Under the pieces are notes generated by a model, which searched no databases, was not told the DNA's origin, and worked only from the letters and a program-made list of their open reading frames with translations. Position numbers and translations under genes: made by a program. Shown piece by piece: positions 28,685 to 37,885 of a stretch of 47,363 bases of DNA; position 1 is the first letter of the stretch; each line of letters begins with the position of its first letter. This DNA is from an uncultured Gammaproteobacteria bacterium (GTDB lineage: Bacteria > Patescibacteriota > Microgenomatia > Daviesbacterales > UBA10151). Location: contig CAYLXC010000003.1 of the NCBI GenBank assembly GCA_964387865.1, positions 15,833-63,195 of the forward strand, read 5' to 3'.

Positions 28685-30685
28685 TTATTGTTGAACTTTC
28701 CATATCTCTACTAAAGAATTTGAGAATACTTTTTTAAAGTAGGTTTTTGTAAGATCTACTTTTGGTGAAAGAGGGATAGGAAGATAGAGATAGTCTATGT
28801 TACTATCTTTAAGCTGGTTCGAAAAGATAACTGGATTATCCTCTAAAAAAATACTTTTTGTAAATTCTAATCTTTTTTTAAAATCATAACCCATGATATC
28901 AAGCTGTTCTGTATCTGAAAGATAGACTCTTTTTCCTGAAAGAGCTGAAACATATGACGTATCAAACCAATCCCACATATGAGGAATAGGGTCATTAAAA
29001 TTTAAATCTTTATTATATGGTGAGGTGAGGATAATGTTATCATTGGATACATTCTTTTTTAAAAACTCTAAAGCTAAGAGTTCCTGAGAGTCAATTTTTG
29101 TAATGGGAGTTCTATTATAAAATGAATATATAAGAGCAACTTGTGTGGGGACTGAAAATATAATTATTAAAAGAGAAATTAAAACAGACGAGACATTTGA
29201 CCTAATCTTTAAGAGAATTTTTGCCACACTAAGCCCAGCCAAAATACCAGTAATAAGAAGAAAATATTGCATAAATTGAATAGTATTTGCTGCTATACCT
29301 TTTTGTAAAAAAAGAAGTGGCAGTAAAAATGATATTGTCATTATTAACACTAAAATCATACTAAAATAATTTTTAAAAAATGTTTTTAAGAGAGAAAAAA
29401 ATGAGAAAATACCCAAAAATCTCATACCTAAATTTCCAAAAAAGAAAATTAGAAAACCTGTGAGCTCAATCTGTAAGACTCTTATCCAATTCCCTTGATA
29501 AATATAAGTTTGTCTTCTTAATTCCCAATCAACTAAATTAAGTCTATCCGGTGCAACAATTAAAGTCCTAATGAACCACCAGGGTTCGAAAATAAGGAAT
29601 GCAGCAGTATTTGAAGCATTGGGAAAGTATAAAAAGGCAGATAGTAAACTGCTTACGAAAAATACTGCAAAAATATGGATCTTTCTTTCCCTGATGAGTT
29701 GCCACAGTCCTATCAATAGAAGACTTAATAATAGAATCAGTGCGCCGTATATTTTAAATCCTGTAAGTACTCCAGCAATAAGTGCACATATTAAAAGAAG
29801 AAATTTGTTTCGGTATTTTATAAAAATTCTAAATAAATAGAGAAATGTTAGAACAATAATTAATGCTATAATCTGCGGAGGATTTCCTGTAGAGCTTTGT
29901 ATTTGGGACGCCCAAAAGAGACTTTCACCGCCAACAGTGCCATTCTGCATGTAAGTTACAATATAGCCAAAGCTCCCTGCAAAGTATGTGAATATGGTTG
30001 CCCAAAGACCAGCAGTGTAAGAGCCACCTAATTTTTTACCTAGTAAATACGCCAAGCTGCCAAGTAAAATTGAATAAATAAGAGGAAAAAAACGAAAATA
30101 AAGATCAAGCGGAGAAAAATTAAAGTAGCGGTTAAATTCTGCAGGAGCAATATCTGAGAAAAAATGATAATTTACCAATCTTTCGCCTGCAAAGGAGGGA
30201 TTTTGCATAGGTAATCCTTTTTGATACTCATTCATTAAAGAGATATGCCATAAAGAATCATGTCCGTGAGAAGAGTAAAAAATTAAGTTGCCATCTTGGT
30301 AAATTCCACTTGGAGAAATTATCAAAAGTTGACCAGCAACTCCTAATATAAAAATTAAAATGAGTAACAACAAGCTCTTTTGAGGAAGTAGGGTAATTTG
30401 ATTCCGTAAACTGACAGTCTTTTTTAGTGCAGAGATGTTTATTAAGGAAATTATGGGGATAAGTAATATATCAATATTTAATATAGCCAAAACGTATGAA
30501 AGAAGTGTAAAAAAAGCAAATCCCACAACTGTCCCCAAAATTATTTTTTCCCAAAATGAAAACTTAGGATAACTTTTTTCCAGAAGAAAAATTCCCGGAA
30601 TTGTAAACAAAAGAATTGAAAGGAATGAGAAAATTGTCAGCTGGATCATAAATGAAATAGAATCCATTTTACTTAATGTAGTCAA
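28685..30685 (-). CDS. GT-C membrane glycosyltransferase, 'HDxxWH' family (STT3/AglB-like traits)
   Basis: SHGHDSLWH, NYHFFSDI, GSFGY, GNPP, ELRRQTYI, WFDTSYVSA; close paralog of 23219. True start may be ATG 30667 or 30649. Confidence 0.72.
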   Translation of the reverse strand: MTTLSKMDSISFMIQLTIFSFLSILLFTIPGIFLLEKSYPKFSFWEKIILGTVVGFAFFTLLSYVLAILNIDILLIPIISLINISALKKTVSLRNQITLLPQKSLLLLILIFILGVAGQLLIISPSGIYQDGNLIFYSSHGHDSLWHISLMNEYQKGLPMQNPSFAGERLVNYHFFSDIAPAEFNRYFNFSPLDLYFRFFPLIYSILLGSLAYLLGKKLGGSYTAGLWATIFTYFAGSFGYIVTYMQNGTVGGESLFWASQIQSSTGNPPQIIALIIVLTFLYLFRIFIKYRNKFLLLICALIAGVLTGFKIYGALILLLSLLLIGLWQLIRERKIHIFAVFFVSSLLSAFLYFPNASNTAAFLIFEPWWFIRTLIVAPDRLNLVDWELRRQTYIYQGNWIRVLQIELTGFLIFFFGNLGMRFLGIFSFFSLLKTFFKNYFSMILVLIMTISFLLPLLFLQKGIAANTIQFMQYFLLITGILAGLSVAKILLKIRSNVSSVLISLLIIIFSVPTQVALIYSFYNRTPITKIDSQELLALEFLKKNVSNDNIILTSPYNKDLNFNDPIPHMWDWFDTSYVSALSGKRVYLSDTEQLDIMGYDFKKRLEFTKSIFLEDNPVIFSNQLKDSNIDYLYLPIPLSPKVDLTKTYFKKVFSNSLVEIWKVQQ

Positions 30686-30687
30686 AT

Positions 30688-30696
30688 TGGTAAGAT
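30688..30696 (+). promoter_or_regulatory. Putative extended -10 promoter for the 30715 operon
   Basis: TG-g-TAAGAT in the 29-bp divergent spacer; AAGGT lies just upstream of the ATG. Confidence 0.45.
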
Positions 30697-30714
30697 TTAA
30701 CTTAAGGTAAGTTT

Positions 30715-31614
30715 ATGTTAAGCAAAATATCTGTAGTAATCAATACTTTAAATAATGAAGGTAATATCAAAAGAGCTTTAGAATCTGTTAAATGGGCTGA
30801 TGAAATTTTAGTTTGTGATATGCACTCAGGTGATAAAACTTCTGGAATTGCAAAAGAGATGGGTGCTAAAGTGATTGAGGGTAAAAGGGTGGAATATGTT
30901 GAACTTGCAAGAAATTTTTCAATTTCAAAAGCATCAAATGATTGGATTTTAGTTCTAGATCCTGACGAGGAAATCACGGAAAGTTTAAAAGAAAGACTAC
31001 TTCAAATTTCATCCAAAATGAAGGGGATAGATTATGTTAGAATTCCAAGAAAAAATATTATTTTTGGTAAATGGATGCAAGCTTCAGGTTGGTGGCCTGA
31101 TTTAAATATAAGATTTTTTAAAAAGGGCAAAGTCAAATGGAGTAATAAAATCCACAGACCTCCTGAAGTGATGGGTGAAGGAATAGATCTTGAAGCAGAT
31201 GAGAGATGGGCAATAATTCACAACAATTATGGAAGTATCTCAGATTTTATTATTAGAATGAATAGGTATACAAAAGTTGAGGCCGACGAGTTGATAAAAG
31301 ATGGATGTAAATTTAACTGGAAAGATTTAATAGAAAAACCACTCAGTGAGTTTTTGTCAAGGTTTTTTGCAAATAAAGGATATTTGGATGGATTGCACGG
31401 TTTAGCACTAAGTTTATTGCAAGCTTTTTCTTTCTTGATTGTTTATTTAAGAATTTGGGAGAGAGAAAATTTCAAGCAGTCAGAAATAAACTTTTCGGAT
31501 ATTGAAGATGAAAAGAAAAGAATGAATCAAGATGTAGATTATTGGATAAATCAGACAAAAAAATCCAAAAGTCTTCTTAAAAGTTTTTTTCAAAAAATTA
31601 AAACAAAAAAATAA
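30715..31614 (+). CDS. GT2, beta-1,4-glucosyltransferase-like (WaaE/LgtF type)
   Basis: ALESVKWADEILVCD.HS.DKT, ARN, WILVLDPDE, WWPD..IRFF, GYLDG.HG. Confidence 0.88.
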   Translation: MLSKISVVINTLNNEGNIKRALESVKWADEILVCDMHSGDKTSGIAKEMGAKVIEGKRVEYVELARNFSISKASNDWILVLDPDEEITESLKERLLQISSKMKGIDYVRIPRKNIIFGKWMQASGWWPDLNIRFFKKGKVKWSNKIHRPPEVMGEGIDLEADERWAIIHNNYGSISDFIIRMNRYTKVEADELIKDGCKFNWKDLIEKPLSEFLSRFFANKGYLDGLHGLALSLLQAFSFLIVYLRIWERENFKQSEINFSDIEDEKKRMNQDVDYWINQTKKSKSLLKSFFQKIKTKK

Positions 31615-31617
31615 TCT

Positions 31618-32421
31618 ATGTTATCTGTAATAATAATAGCTAAAAATGAAGAAGATAGAATTAAGGCATGTCTAGAATCAATAAAATGGGCAGATGAGAT
31701 AATTATTGCCGATAATGGATCTTCAGATAAGACTCTAAAAATTGCCAAAATTTATACTGATAATATTATTAAATTTGAAAGCCAAGATTTTTCTACTATA
31801 AGAAATGAGGCACTCAAAAAATCATTAGGTGATTGGGTCCTTTATGTAGACTCAGATGAAAGAGTTTTGCTTCCATTAAGGGAAGAGATAGAGAAGCTTA
31901 TGGAAACTGATGAAATTGGAGCATATGCCATTTCTCGCAAAAATATTATATTTGGTCATGAAGTAAATTATGGTCCTTATAAACATGATTGGGTGGTTAG
32001 GCTTTTTAAAAGATCAGATTTTGATAGTTGGAGCGGTAAAGTTCACGAGTCAGTACAATTTAGGGGAAAACTAGGATATACAAAAAATTCTCTTTTACAT
32101 TTAACACATAGGGGAGTTGATCAAATTGTTTTAAAAAGTTTGGAATGGAGTAAAATTGATTCAAAATTAAGACTTAATGCTAATCATCCAAAAATGTCTG
32201 GCTGGAGGTTTTTAAGAATTTTTATAACTGAGATTTTTAATCAGGGGATTAAAAGAGGTGGATTTTTTAATGGGACAATAGGGATAATGGATTCAATATT
32301 GCAAGCTTTCAGTATGTATATAACTTATGTCAGAGTTTGGGAAATGCAGCAGGATAAACCACTAAAAGAAATTTATGATGAGATAGACAAAAGATTAATT
32401 GAAAATAATTTTAAGGATTAA
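31618..32421 (+). CDS. GT2, beta-1,4-glucosyltransferase-like
   Basis: AKNEE, CLESIKWADEIII.DNGS.DKT, WVLYVDSDER, RLF, VHE. Confidence 0.88.
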   Translation: MLSVIIIAKNEEDRIKACLESIKWADEIIIADNGSSDKTLKIAKIYTDNIIKFESQDFSTIRNEALKKSLGDWVLYVDSDERVLLPLREEIEKLMETDEIGAYAISRKNIIFGHEVNYGPYKHDWVVRLFKRSDFDSWSGKVHESVQFRGKLGYTKNSLLHLTHRGVDQIVLKSLEWSKIDSKLRLNANHPKMSGWRFLRIFITEIFNQGIKRGGFFNGTIGIMDSILQAFSMYITYVRVWEMQQDKPLKEIYDEIDKRLIENNFKD

Positions 32422-32428
32422 ACAAGAA

Positions 32429-33505
32429 GTGAAAGCTGCTATTTATTCTCCATATTTGGATACTTTTGGCGGAGGAGAGAGGTACATGTTGACTATTGCT
32501 GAGCTACTTTCAAAAAAAAGTTTTAAGGTTGATGTTATATTGAATGAACAATTAAATAGTTTGGATGGAGAGTATTTAAAGAGTGAATTATCAAAAAGAT
32601 TCAATTTAAACCTTATAAATGTAAATTTTATAAAAGGACCTTTGGGTAAGGGATCGAATTTTCTGGAAAGATTTTTTTTTCTCAAAAAATATGACGTGCT
32701 TTTTTATTTAACTGATGGAAGCATTTTTTATCCCTCATCAAAGCAAAATATTTTACATATTCAGTCTCCCCTACTGGGTGAGAGTGCAAAAAGTTTATGG
32801 CGAAAGATTAAACTTAATGGATGGGATCTGGTTATCTATAACTCCCGCTTTACTAAGCAAAACTCCCAAAAAAATTGGCCAATCTCCTCTAAAATAATTT
32901 ATCCACCAGTTGATGTTATTAAAATAAAACCATTACAAAAGAAGAAATATATATTATCAGTAGGAAGATTTTTTGGATACTTAAAGGATAAAAAACATGA
33001 AATTTTAATAAAAACATTTAAAGAAATCCTAAAGGAAGATATTTTGAATGGGTGGAGTCTACATTTGGTGGGGTCAGCAGGTGACGGGGATAAAAAATAC
33101 CTGGATGAATTGAAAAATTTGGCAAAAGGATTTCCGATAAAATTTTATCCTAATTTAGATTATGATGATCTTAAAACTTTGTATGGAGAATCTAGTATTT
33201 ATTGGCATGCATCAGGATACGGGGAGGATGATCCAGCCAAGATGGAGCATTTTGGGATTTCAACTTGTGAAGCCATGACAGGAGGATGTGTGCCAGTTGT
33301 AATAGGAAAAGGGGGCCAAGTTGAAATAGTAGATAATAAAATTGGAGGATTTTTGTGGGATAATTTAAGCCAGTTGAAAAGTTATACCCTAAAACTTATT
33401 AAAGATGAGAATTTAAGAAAGAAAATGGGAAAAGAGGCAGTTAGGAAATCTAAGGATTTTAGCAAAGAAAATTTCAGGAAAAAAATAATGAATATCATTA
33501 CTTAA
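32429..33505 (+). CDS. GT4 (GT-B) glycosyltransferase, ALG11-like
   Basis: SPYLDTFGGGERY, NSRFT, IYPPVD, ILSVGRF, EHFGISTCEAM (EX7E). GTG 32429 preferred as start. Confidence 0.88.
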   Translation: MKAAIYSPYLDTFGGGERYMLTIAELLSKKSFKVDVILNEQLNSLDGEYLKSELSKRFNLNLINVNFIKGPLGKGSNFLERFFFLKKYDVLFYLTDGSIFYPSSKQNILHIQSPLLGESAKSLWRKIKLNGWDLVIYNSRFTKQNSQKNWPISSKIIYPPVDVIKIKPLQKKKYILSVGRFFGYLKDKKHEILIKTFKEILKEDILNGWSLHLVGSAGDGDKKYLDELKNLAKGFPIKFYPNLDYDDLKTLYGESSIYWHASGYGEDDPAKMEHFGISTCEAMTGGCVPVVIGKGGQVEIVDNKIGGFLWDNLSQLKSYTLKLIKDENLRKKMGKEAVRKSKDFSKENFRKKIMNIIT

Positions 33506-34633
33506 ATGAATACAAAAAAGTTTTGGATTATTTTAATTATTGGGATAATTCTTAGGATCTTTCTATCTTTTACTACTTTTCATCCAGATATTCGGGCATT
33601 AAATGCAGGAGGGCAGCTTATTGCCAATGATTCAATTTTAAATTTATACGAATATAGTTCCGAAAAAGTTGTCTTTAATTATCCACCTATAATCTATTGG
33701 TTTCTCGGTTTTTTTAGCTTAGTATTTGGTGATAATCTAGGATTTTTGAAATTATCTTATTTACCATTTGATATAGCTTTAGGATTACTTCTCACAAAAA
33801 TGGTTGATCCGAAAAAATCCATTCTTGTCTTTAGTATTTGGATTTTCAACTCTGTAAGTCTGTATGCAACGTATATGATGGGTCAGTTTGATATAATCCC
33901 CACTTTTTTTTCTATACTTTCAGTATTTCTTGCATTAAAAAATAAGCTAAGTTGGGCAGCTTTAGCTTTGGGTTTTGGGATTGCATTTAAGCTATACCCA
34001 ATCTTCCTGATGGTGCCACTTATTATTTTGGGTAAAGGGCTATTGGAAAAAACTAAGCTTTTATTTTTAGCAGGCTTTCCCTACTTAGTTTCCATACTCC
34101 CCTATCTTTCATCGGAAGGTTTTAGGTCATATGCTCTATTTGCAAACCAGAGTTCAAAAAGTTTATATGCAAATATTTCTGTTTCAGGAGGGGAATCAAT
34201 TCTTATTTTTCCAACCCTTTTAATACTATTTTACCTTTTTATCTGGAGTAAACTTAATGATAAATTATCCTTATGGAGATTTTATTTAATACCACTGCTT
34301 TTATTTTTCATTTTTACTCATTTTCATCCCCAATGGCTAATTTGGGTAACACCCTTTTTAATTTTGGATCTTGTATATAAGAAATTTAAAAATTCATTGC
34401 CTATATTTATTATTTTTGGAAGTTGGTTCTTATCGCTTTTCTTTTTTGACCCTTCTTTAACTATTGGAATATTTTCGCCACTTTTTCCCACTTTGCAAAA
34501 TGCCAAGAGTATTTGGCAAATTCTTAATATTAGTATTGATTACAATTTTTCAAGAAGCATTATACAAACCGTTTTTGTTGGAGCATCTGCTTATTTAATA
34601 TATGATGATCTCAAAGATAAAAGTAAAGCTTAA
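33506..34633 (+). CDS. GT-C membrane protein, 'FHPDI' family (GT87/PIG-M/ALG6-like)
   Basis: FHPDIR, NYPP, LKL.Y..FD, GQFDIIP, FKLYP, HPQWL.W. Confidence 0.75.
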   Translation: MNTKKFWIILIIGIILRIFLSFTTFHPDIRALNAGGQLIANDSILNLYEYSSEKVVFNYPPIIYWFLGFFSLVFGDNLGFLKLSYLPFDIALGLLLTKMVDPKKSILVFSIWIFNSVSLYATYMMGQFDIIPTFFSILSVFLALKNKLSWAALALGFGIAFKLYPIFLMVPLIILGKGLLEKTKLLFLAGFPYLVSILPYLSSEGFRSYALFANQSSKSLYANISVSGGESILIFPTLLILFYLFIWSKLNDKLSLWRFYLIPLLLFFIFTHFHPQWLIWVTPFLILDLVYKKFKNSLPIFIIFGSWFLSLFFFDPSLTIGIFSPLFPTLQNAKSIWQILNISIDYNFSRSIIQTVFVGASAYLIYDDLKDKSKA

Positions 34634-36233
34634 TCAAATTAATTTTTTGATAATCATACTTATCGTTGCATTCTTACTGAGACTACTTCCTTTAAATTTT
34701 CCAAGTTTTACATCAGAAGAAGCAAGGGTTGCTCAGAGAGGTTACTCTCTTTCCGCAACTGGCGAGGATGAGTTAGGTAGATCTTTTCCACTTTTGTTTA
34801 ATTCCTCTACAGATTATCAGTTGCCAGCTGTTACATATTTGACAGCAGTAGGTACTTTAATATTTGGGAAATCCGATTTAGGGGTAAGAATACCTTTTAT
34901 TCTAATCTCAGTTATTATGCTGATAATTATTTTTAAAGTTTCGAAAATTTTTAGTATAGATAAGAAATTCCAGTTTTTGTCAACTTTTATTATGGCTTTT
35001 TCACCTGCATTAATATTCTATTCCAAAATTCCTAATGAGGTAATACTGATAACCTTTAGTTTCGTATTACTCTTTTATTTGTTATCTAGGAAAAAGATAA
35101 ATCCAATAATAATTTTAATTATAGTAATTTATTCTTTAACAATTTCGAAGATAGTTTGGTGGACACTAATCCCGTATGTTTCTATAACTTTATTATTTTT
35201 TCAACCGAATTTAATAAAAAGGACAAAGTTAAAGATATTGCTTTTAACATTAATATTAACAATTACGGCAATTTTTTTATTTTGGCACAGCCCAAATTCA
35301 TCAAAAAGTTTTTTAGAGAATGACTTTTCAACTTTTCATGAAAATAATTTAATAACTATTATCAATCGACTTAGGGGGGAAGGATTAGAATCCGGCTGGC
35401 CTCCTCAATTAGTCAAAATATTATTCAATAAATTAAATATTTTAGCCTCTTCATTATTGAATTGGCTATCACAATTCGGATTTGCCTCCCTTTTTGGCCA
35501 ATTTTACGATAACAGAGTTGGAGGTTATTTTAGCATGGGTTTGTTTACCAAAGTTTTGATATTCCCTTTTGTAATGGGGCTAATTCATTTAAAAAGTAAT
35601 AATTACAGAAAATTTAGAGTAATGATTTTGTATATTTTGATTTTAACTTTTCCTTCCGTTTTTATTTATCCTAGAGAGAGCATAAATATATTAATTATGA
35701 CTATTCCCTTCATAACTTTCATTATAGCTTTGGGTTTAATTCATTTTAATAAGTTTTTAATATATTTAACGTTAGCTTTAATAGTTTTTGAAGTTTACAT
35801 TAATGCAATCTATCTCACACCAGAGATAAAAAAATCTAATCAGATTCGTCCACAATGGATTAAAACACTTGCAATAGATGCCTATAATCTTTCCATTAAC
35901 AATCAAGTAGCAATTTCTGATAATATTGTCTCAGATATTGCTCCATTTTTACAATGGTATACACCATTAAATGCGATAAAGAATTCCCAAATACAATTTC
36001 CTTACAGATTCCAACAAAAAGACTTTGCAAATGTAAAAATTATTAGCTCTGAAGCAACTTTTTATAACTGCGGATTAGATAAACCTACTTTAATTATTTC
36101 AAGCAATAGGGATCTTGCGAAGATTCAAAGATGGTTAAATTTAAATGCTGACGAAATTATTGAAAATGAATATAAAGATAATTTAGGGGTTACTATTGCA
36201 TACCTTCTCCAACCAAAAATATGCGTAAACTAA
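34602..36233 (+). CDS. Divergent ArnT/PMT-like GT-C protein with eroded motifs
   Basis: PSFTSEEA, GYSLSATGEDELG..FP and VRIP match the neighbouring paralogs, but DE is EE and downstream motifs are missing. Confidence 0.72.
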   Translation: MMISKIKVKLNQINFLIIILIVAFLLRLLPLNFPSFTSEEARVAQRGYSLSATGEDELGRSFPLLFNSSTDYQLPAVTYLTAVGTLIFGKSDLGVRIPFILISVIMLIIIFKVSKIFSIDKKFQFLSTFIMAFSPALIFYSKIPNEVILITFSFVLLFYLLSRKKINPIIILIIVIYSLTISKIVWWTLIPYVSITLLFFQPNLIKRTKLKILLLTLILTITAIFLFWHSPNSSKSFLENDFSTFHENNLITIINRLRGEGLESGWPPQLVKILFNKLNILASSLLNWLSQFGFASLFGQFYDNRVGGYFSMGLFTKVLIFPFVMGLIHLKSNNYRKFRVMILYILILTFPSVFIYPRESINILIMTIPFITFIIALGLIHFNKFLIYLTLALIVFEVYINAIYLTPEIKKSNQIRPQWIKTLAIDAYNLSINNQVAISDNIVSDIAPFLQWYTPLNAIKNSQIQFPYRFQQKDFANVKIISSEATFYNCGLDKPTLIISSNRDLAKIQRWLNLNADEIIENEYKDNLGVTIAYLLQPKICVN

Positions 36234-37882
36234 TAACTAAAGAAACTGTTACATTGCTTTCTTTAATCTTTCTTGCGGTATTACTTAGATTTTTTAAGCT
36301 GTCAGAATACCCTGTTCAACTTAATCATGATGAAGTTACCCAATTATATGATGCAATATCTATTGCAGAAACTGGAAGAGATGTGTATGGGAATTTTCTT
36401 CCCTTTATCTTTCCTTCAATAGGGGATTATAAACCTCCTTTTTATACTTACATAACTAGTATTTTTTATATCTTTTTCGGAGGTGGTGAATTAACCATTA
36501 GGCTTCCAGCTGCTTTGTTTGGTACATTGATGATTCCTGCAATTTATTTATTTGTTATTAAATTTATAGGAGATAAAAGAATTGCACTTTTCGCAGCATT
36601 TTTTACTGCGATTGCTCCTTTTGAAATATTTTTTTCCAGAAAAGGCTTCGAAAGCGGAACTGGTATTTTCCTAATGCTTTTGGGATTTTCATGCTTATTT
36701 ATTTATCTGGGAAGGAAAAAGCATTTAATTTGGATTTACCTTGCGGCAGTAATTTTTGCTGCCAATGTGTACATCTATTTCTCGCATGCAATTATAATTC
36801 CATTGCTTCTTGTCGCGTTCTTTCTTATCTATAGACAGAACTTTGTGAAAAATCTTACAAAATTCTTAATTCCCTCTCTACTGTTTATAAGTTTAATTTT
36901 GCCCCTTATTCTATTAATTGTTGTAAACTCTGACACAAGATTTAGATCTCAAACAGTATTTATTACACAAGATGTCAATCTTGGAAGACAGATTGGATAT
37001 GTTCAAACAAACAATGTATTATTGGATACTTTCTTAAGATATAAAATAACTTTTGATTTTATTATTAACAGATACTTACAGCAGTTTAATCCAATTTACT
37101 TATTTGGTAACGGGTTAGATTTCATCAATCAAAGCCCAATCGGTGTTGGTCCACTACTTTTAATCCAACTGCCATTCCTAATCTTAGGGATATGGTATTT
37201 AATTAAAAGTAATCATCTAAATGAACAAAAAAAATTTATTGGAGTTTGGATTATCTTAGGAATGTTACCAAGTGGCTTAACCTTTGAACAGCACAGTCCT
37301 CACAGAAGTATTATGGTTTTTACCATGTTAAATGTTATTTCAGGAGCAGGTCTATACATTTTTATCATTTTTGTAAATAATTTAAGCAGGAAAATAAGAA
37401 TCAAAATTGTAATTTTTTCAGCAGTAGTATTGGCTTTTGCAATTAATTTTATATATTTTATTCATATGTATTTTGTGAATTATCCTTTTGAAAAATCCCA
37501 GTATTTACAATACCCTTTTAAGCAAGTCTCTCAGTACATTTGGTCTCAATATAATAATTTTGACCAAATAATCTTTGATCCTCAGTTTGGGCAGACTGCT
37601 CCAATAATAGGAGTTGGGGCTCAATATTATATTGCATACTATGGGGATTATTTGCCGGAGAAATTACAAAAAGATTACAAAATAGGCAAGAAGCCAAGAG
37701 AAACAAAATTTGATAAATTTTCCATAAGGCAGGTATATTGGCCGGAAGATAAACAATTAAAAAATGTACTTATAGTTGCAAGTCCTTGGAGTATACGAAT
37801 GGATGATATTGATGAGAGATTAATAGTTAAAAGATTTGATTTCTATGATGGTCAAGCAGCATTTTATGCAATAAAATTATAA
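36221..37882 (+). CDS. ArnT/PMT-like GT-C glycosyltransferase
   Basis: LNHDE, SIAETGRDVYG.FLP, GDYKPP, IRLP, SRKGFE, SPHRS. Confidence 0.85.
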   Translation: MRKLITKETVTLLSLIFLAVLLRFFKLSEYPVQLNHDEVTQLYDAISIAETGRDVYGNFLPFIFPSIGDYKPPFYTYITSIFYIFFGGGELTIRLPAALFGTLMIPAIYLFVIKFIGDKRIALFAAFFTAIAPFEIFFSRKGFESGTGIFLMLLGFSCLFIYLGRKKHLIWIYLAAVIFAANVYIYFSHAIIIPLLLVAFFLIYRQNFVKNLTKFLIPSLLFISLILPLILLIVVNSDTRFRSQTVFITQDVNLGRQIGYVQTNNVLLDTFLRYKITFDFIINRYLQQFNPIYLFGNGLDFINQSPIGVGPLLLIQLPFLILGIWYLIKSNHLNEQKKFIGVWIILGMLPSGLTFEQHSPHRSIMVFTMLNVISGAGLYIFIIFVNNLSRKIRIKIVIFSAVVLAFAINFIYFIHMYFVNYPFEKSQYLQYPFKQVSQYIWSQYNNFDQIIFDPQFGQTAPIIGVGAQYYIAYYGDYLPEKLQKDYKIGKKPRETKFDKFSIRQVYWPEDKQLKNVLIVASPWSIRMDDIDERLIVKRFDFYDGQAAFYAIKL

Positions 37883-37885
37883 TAT

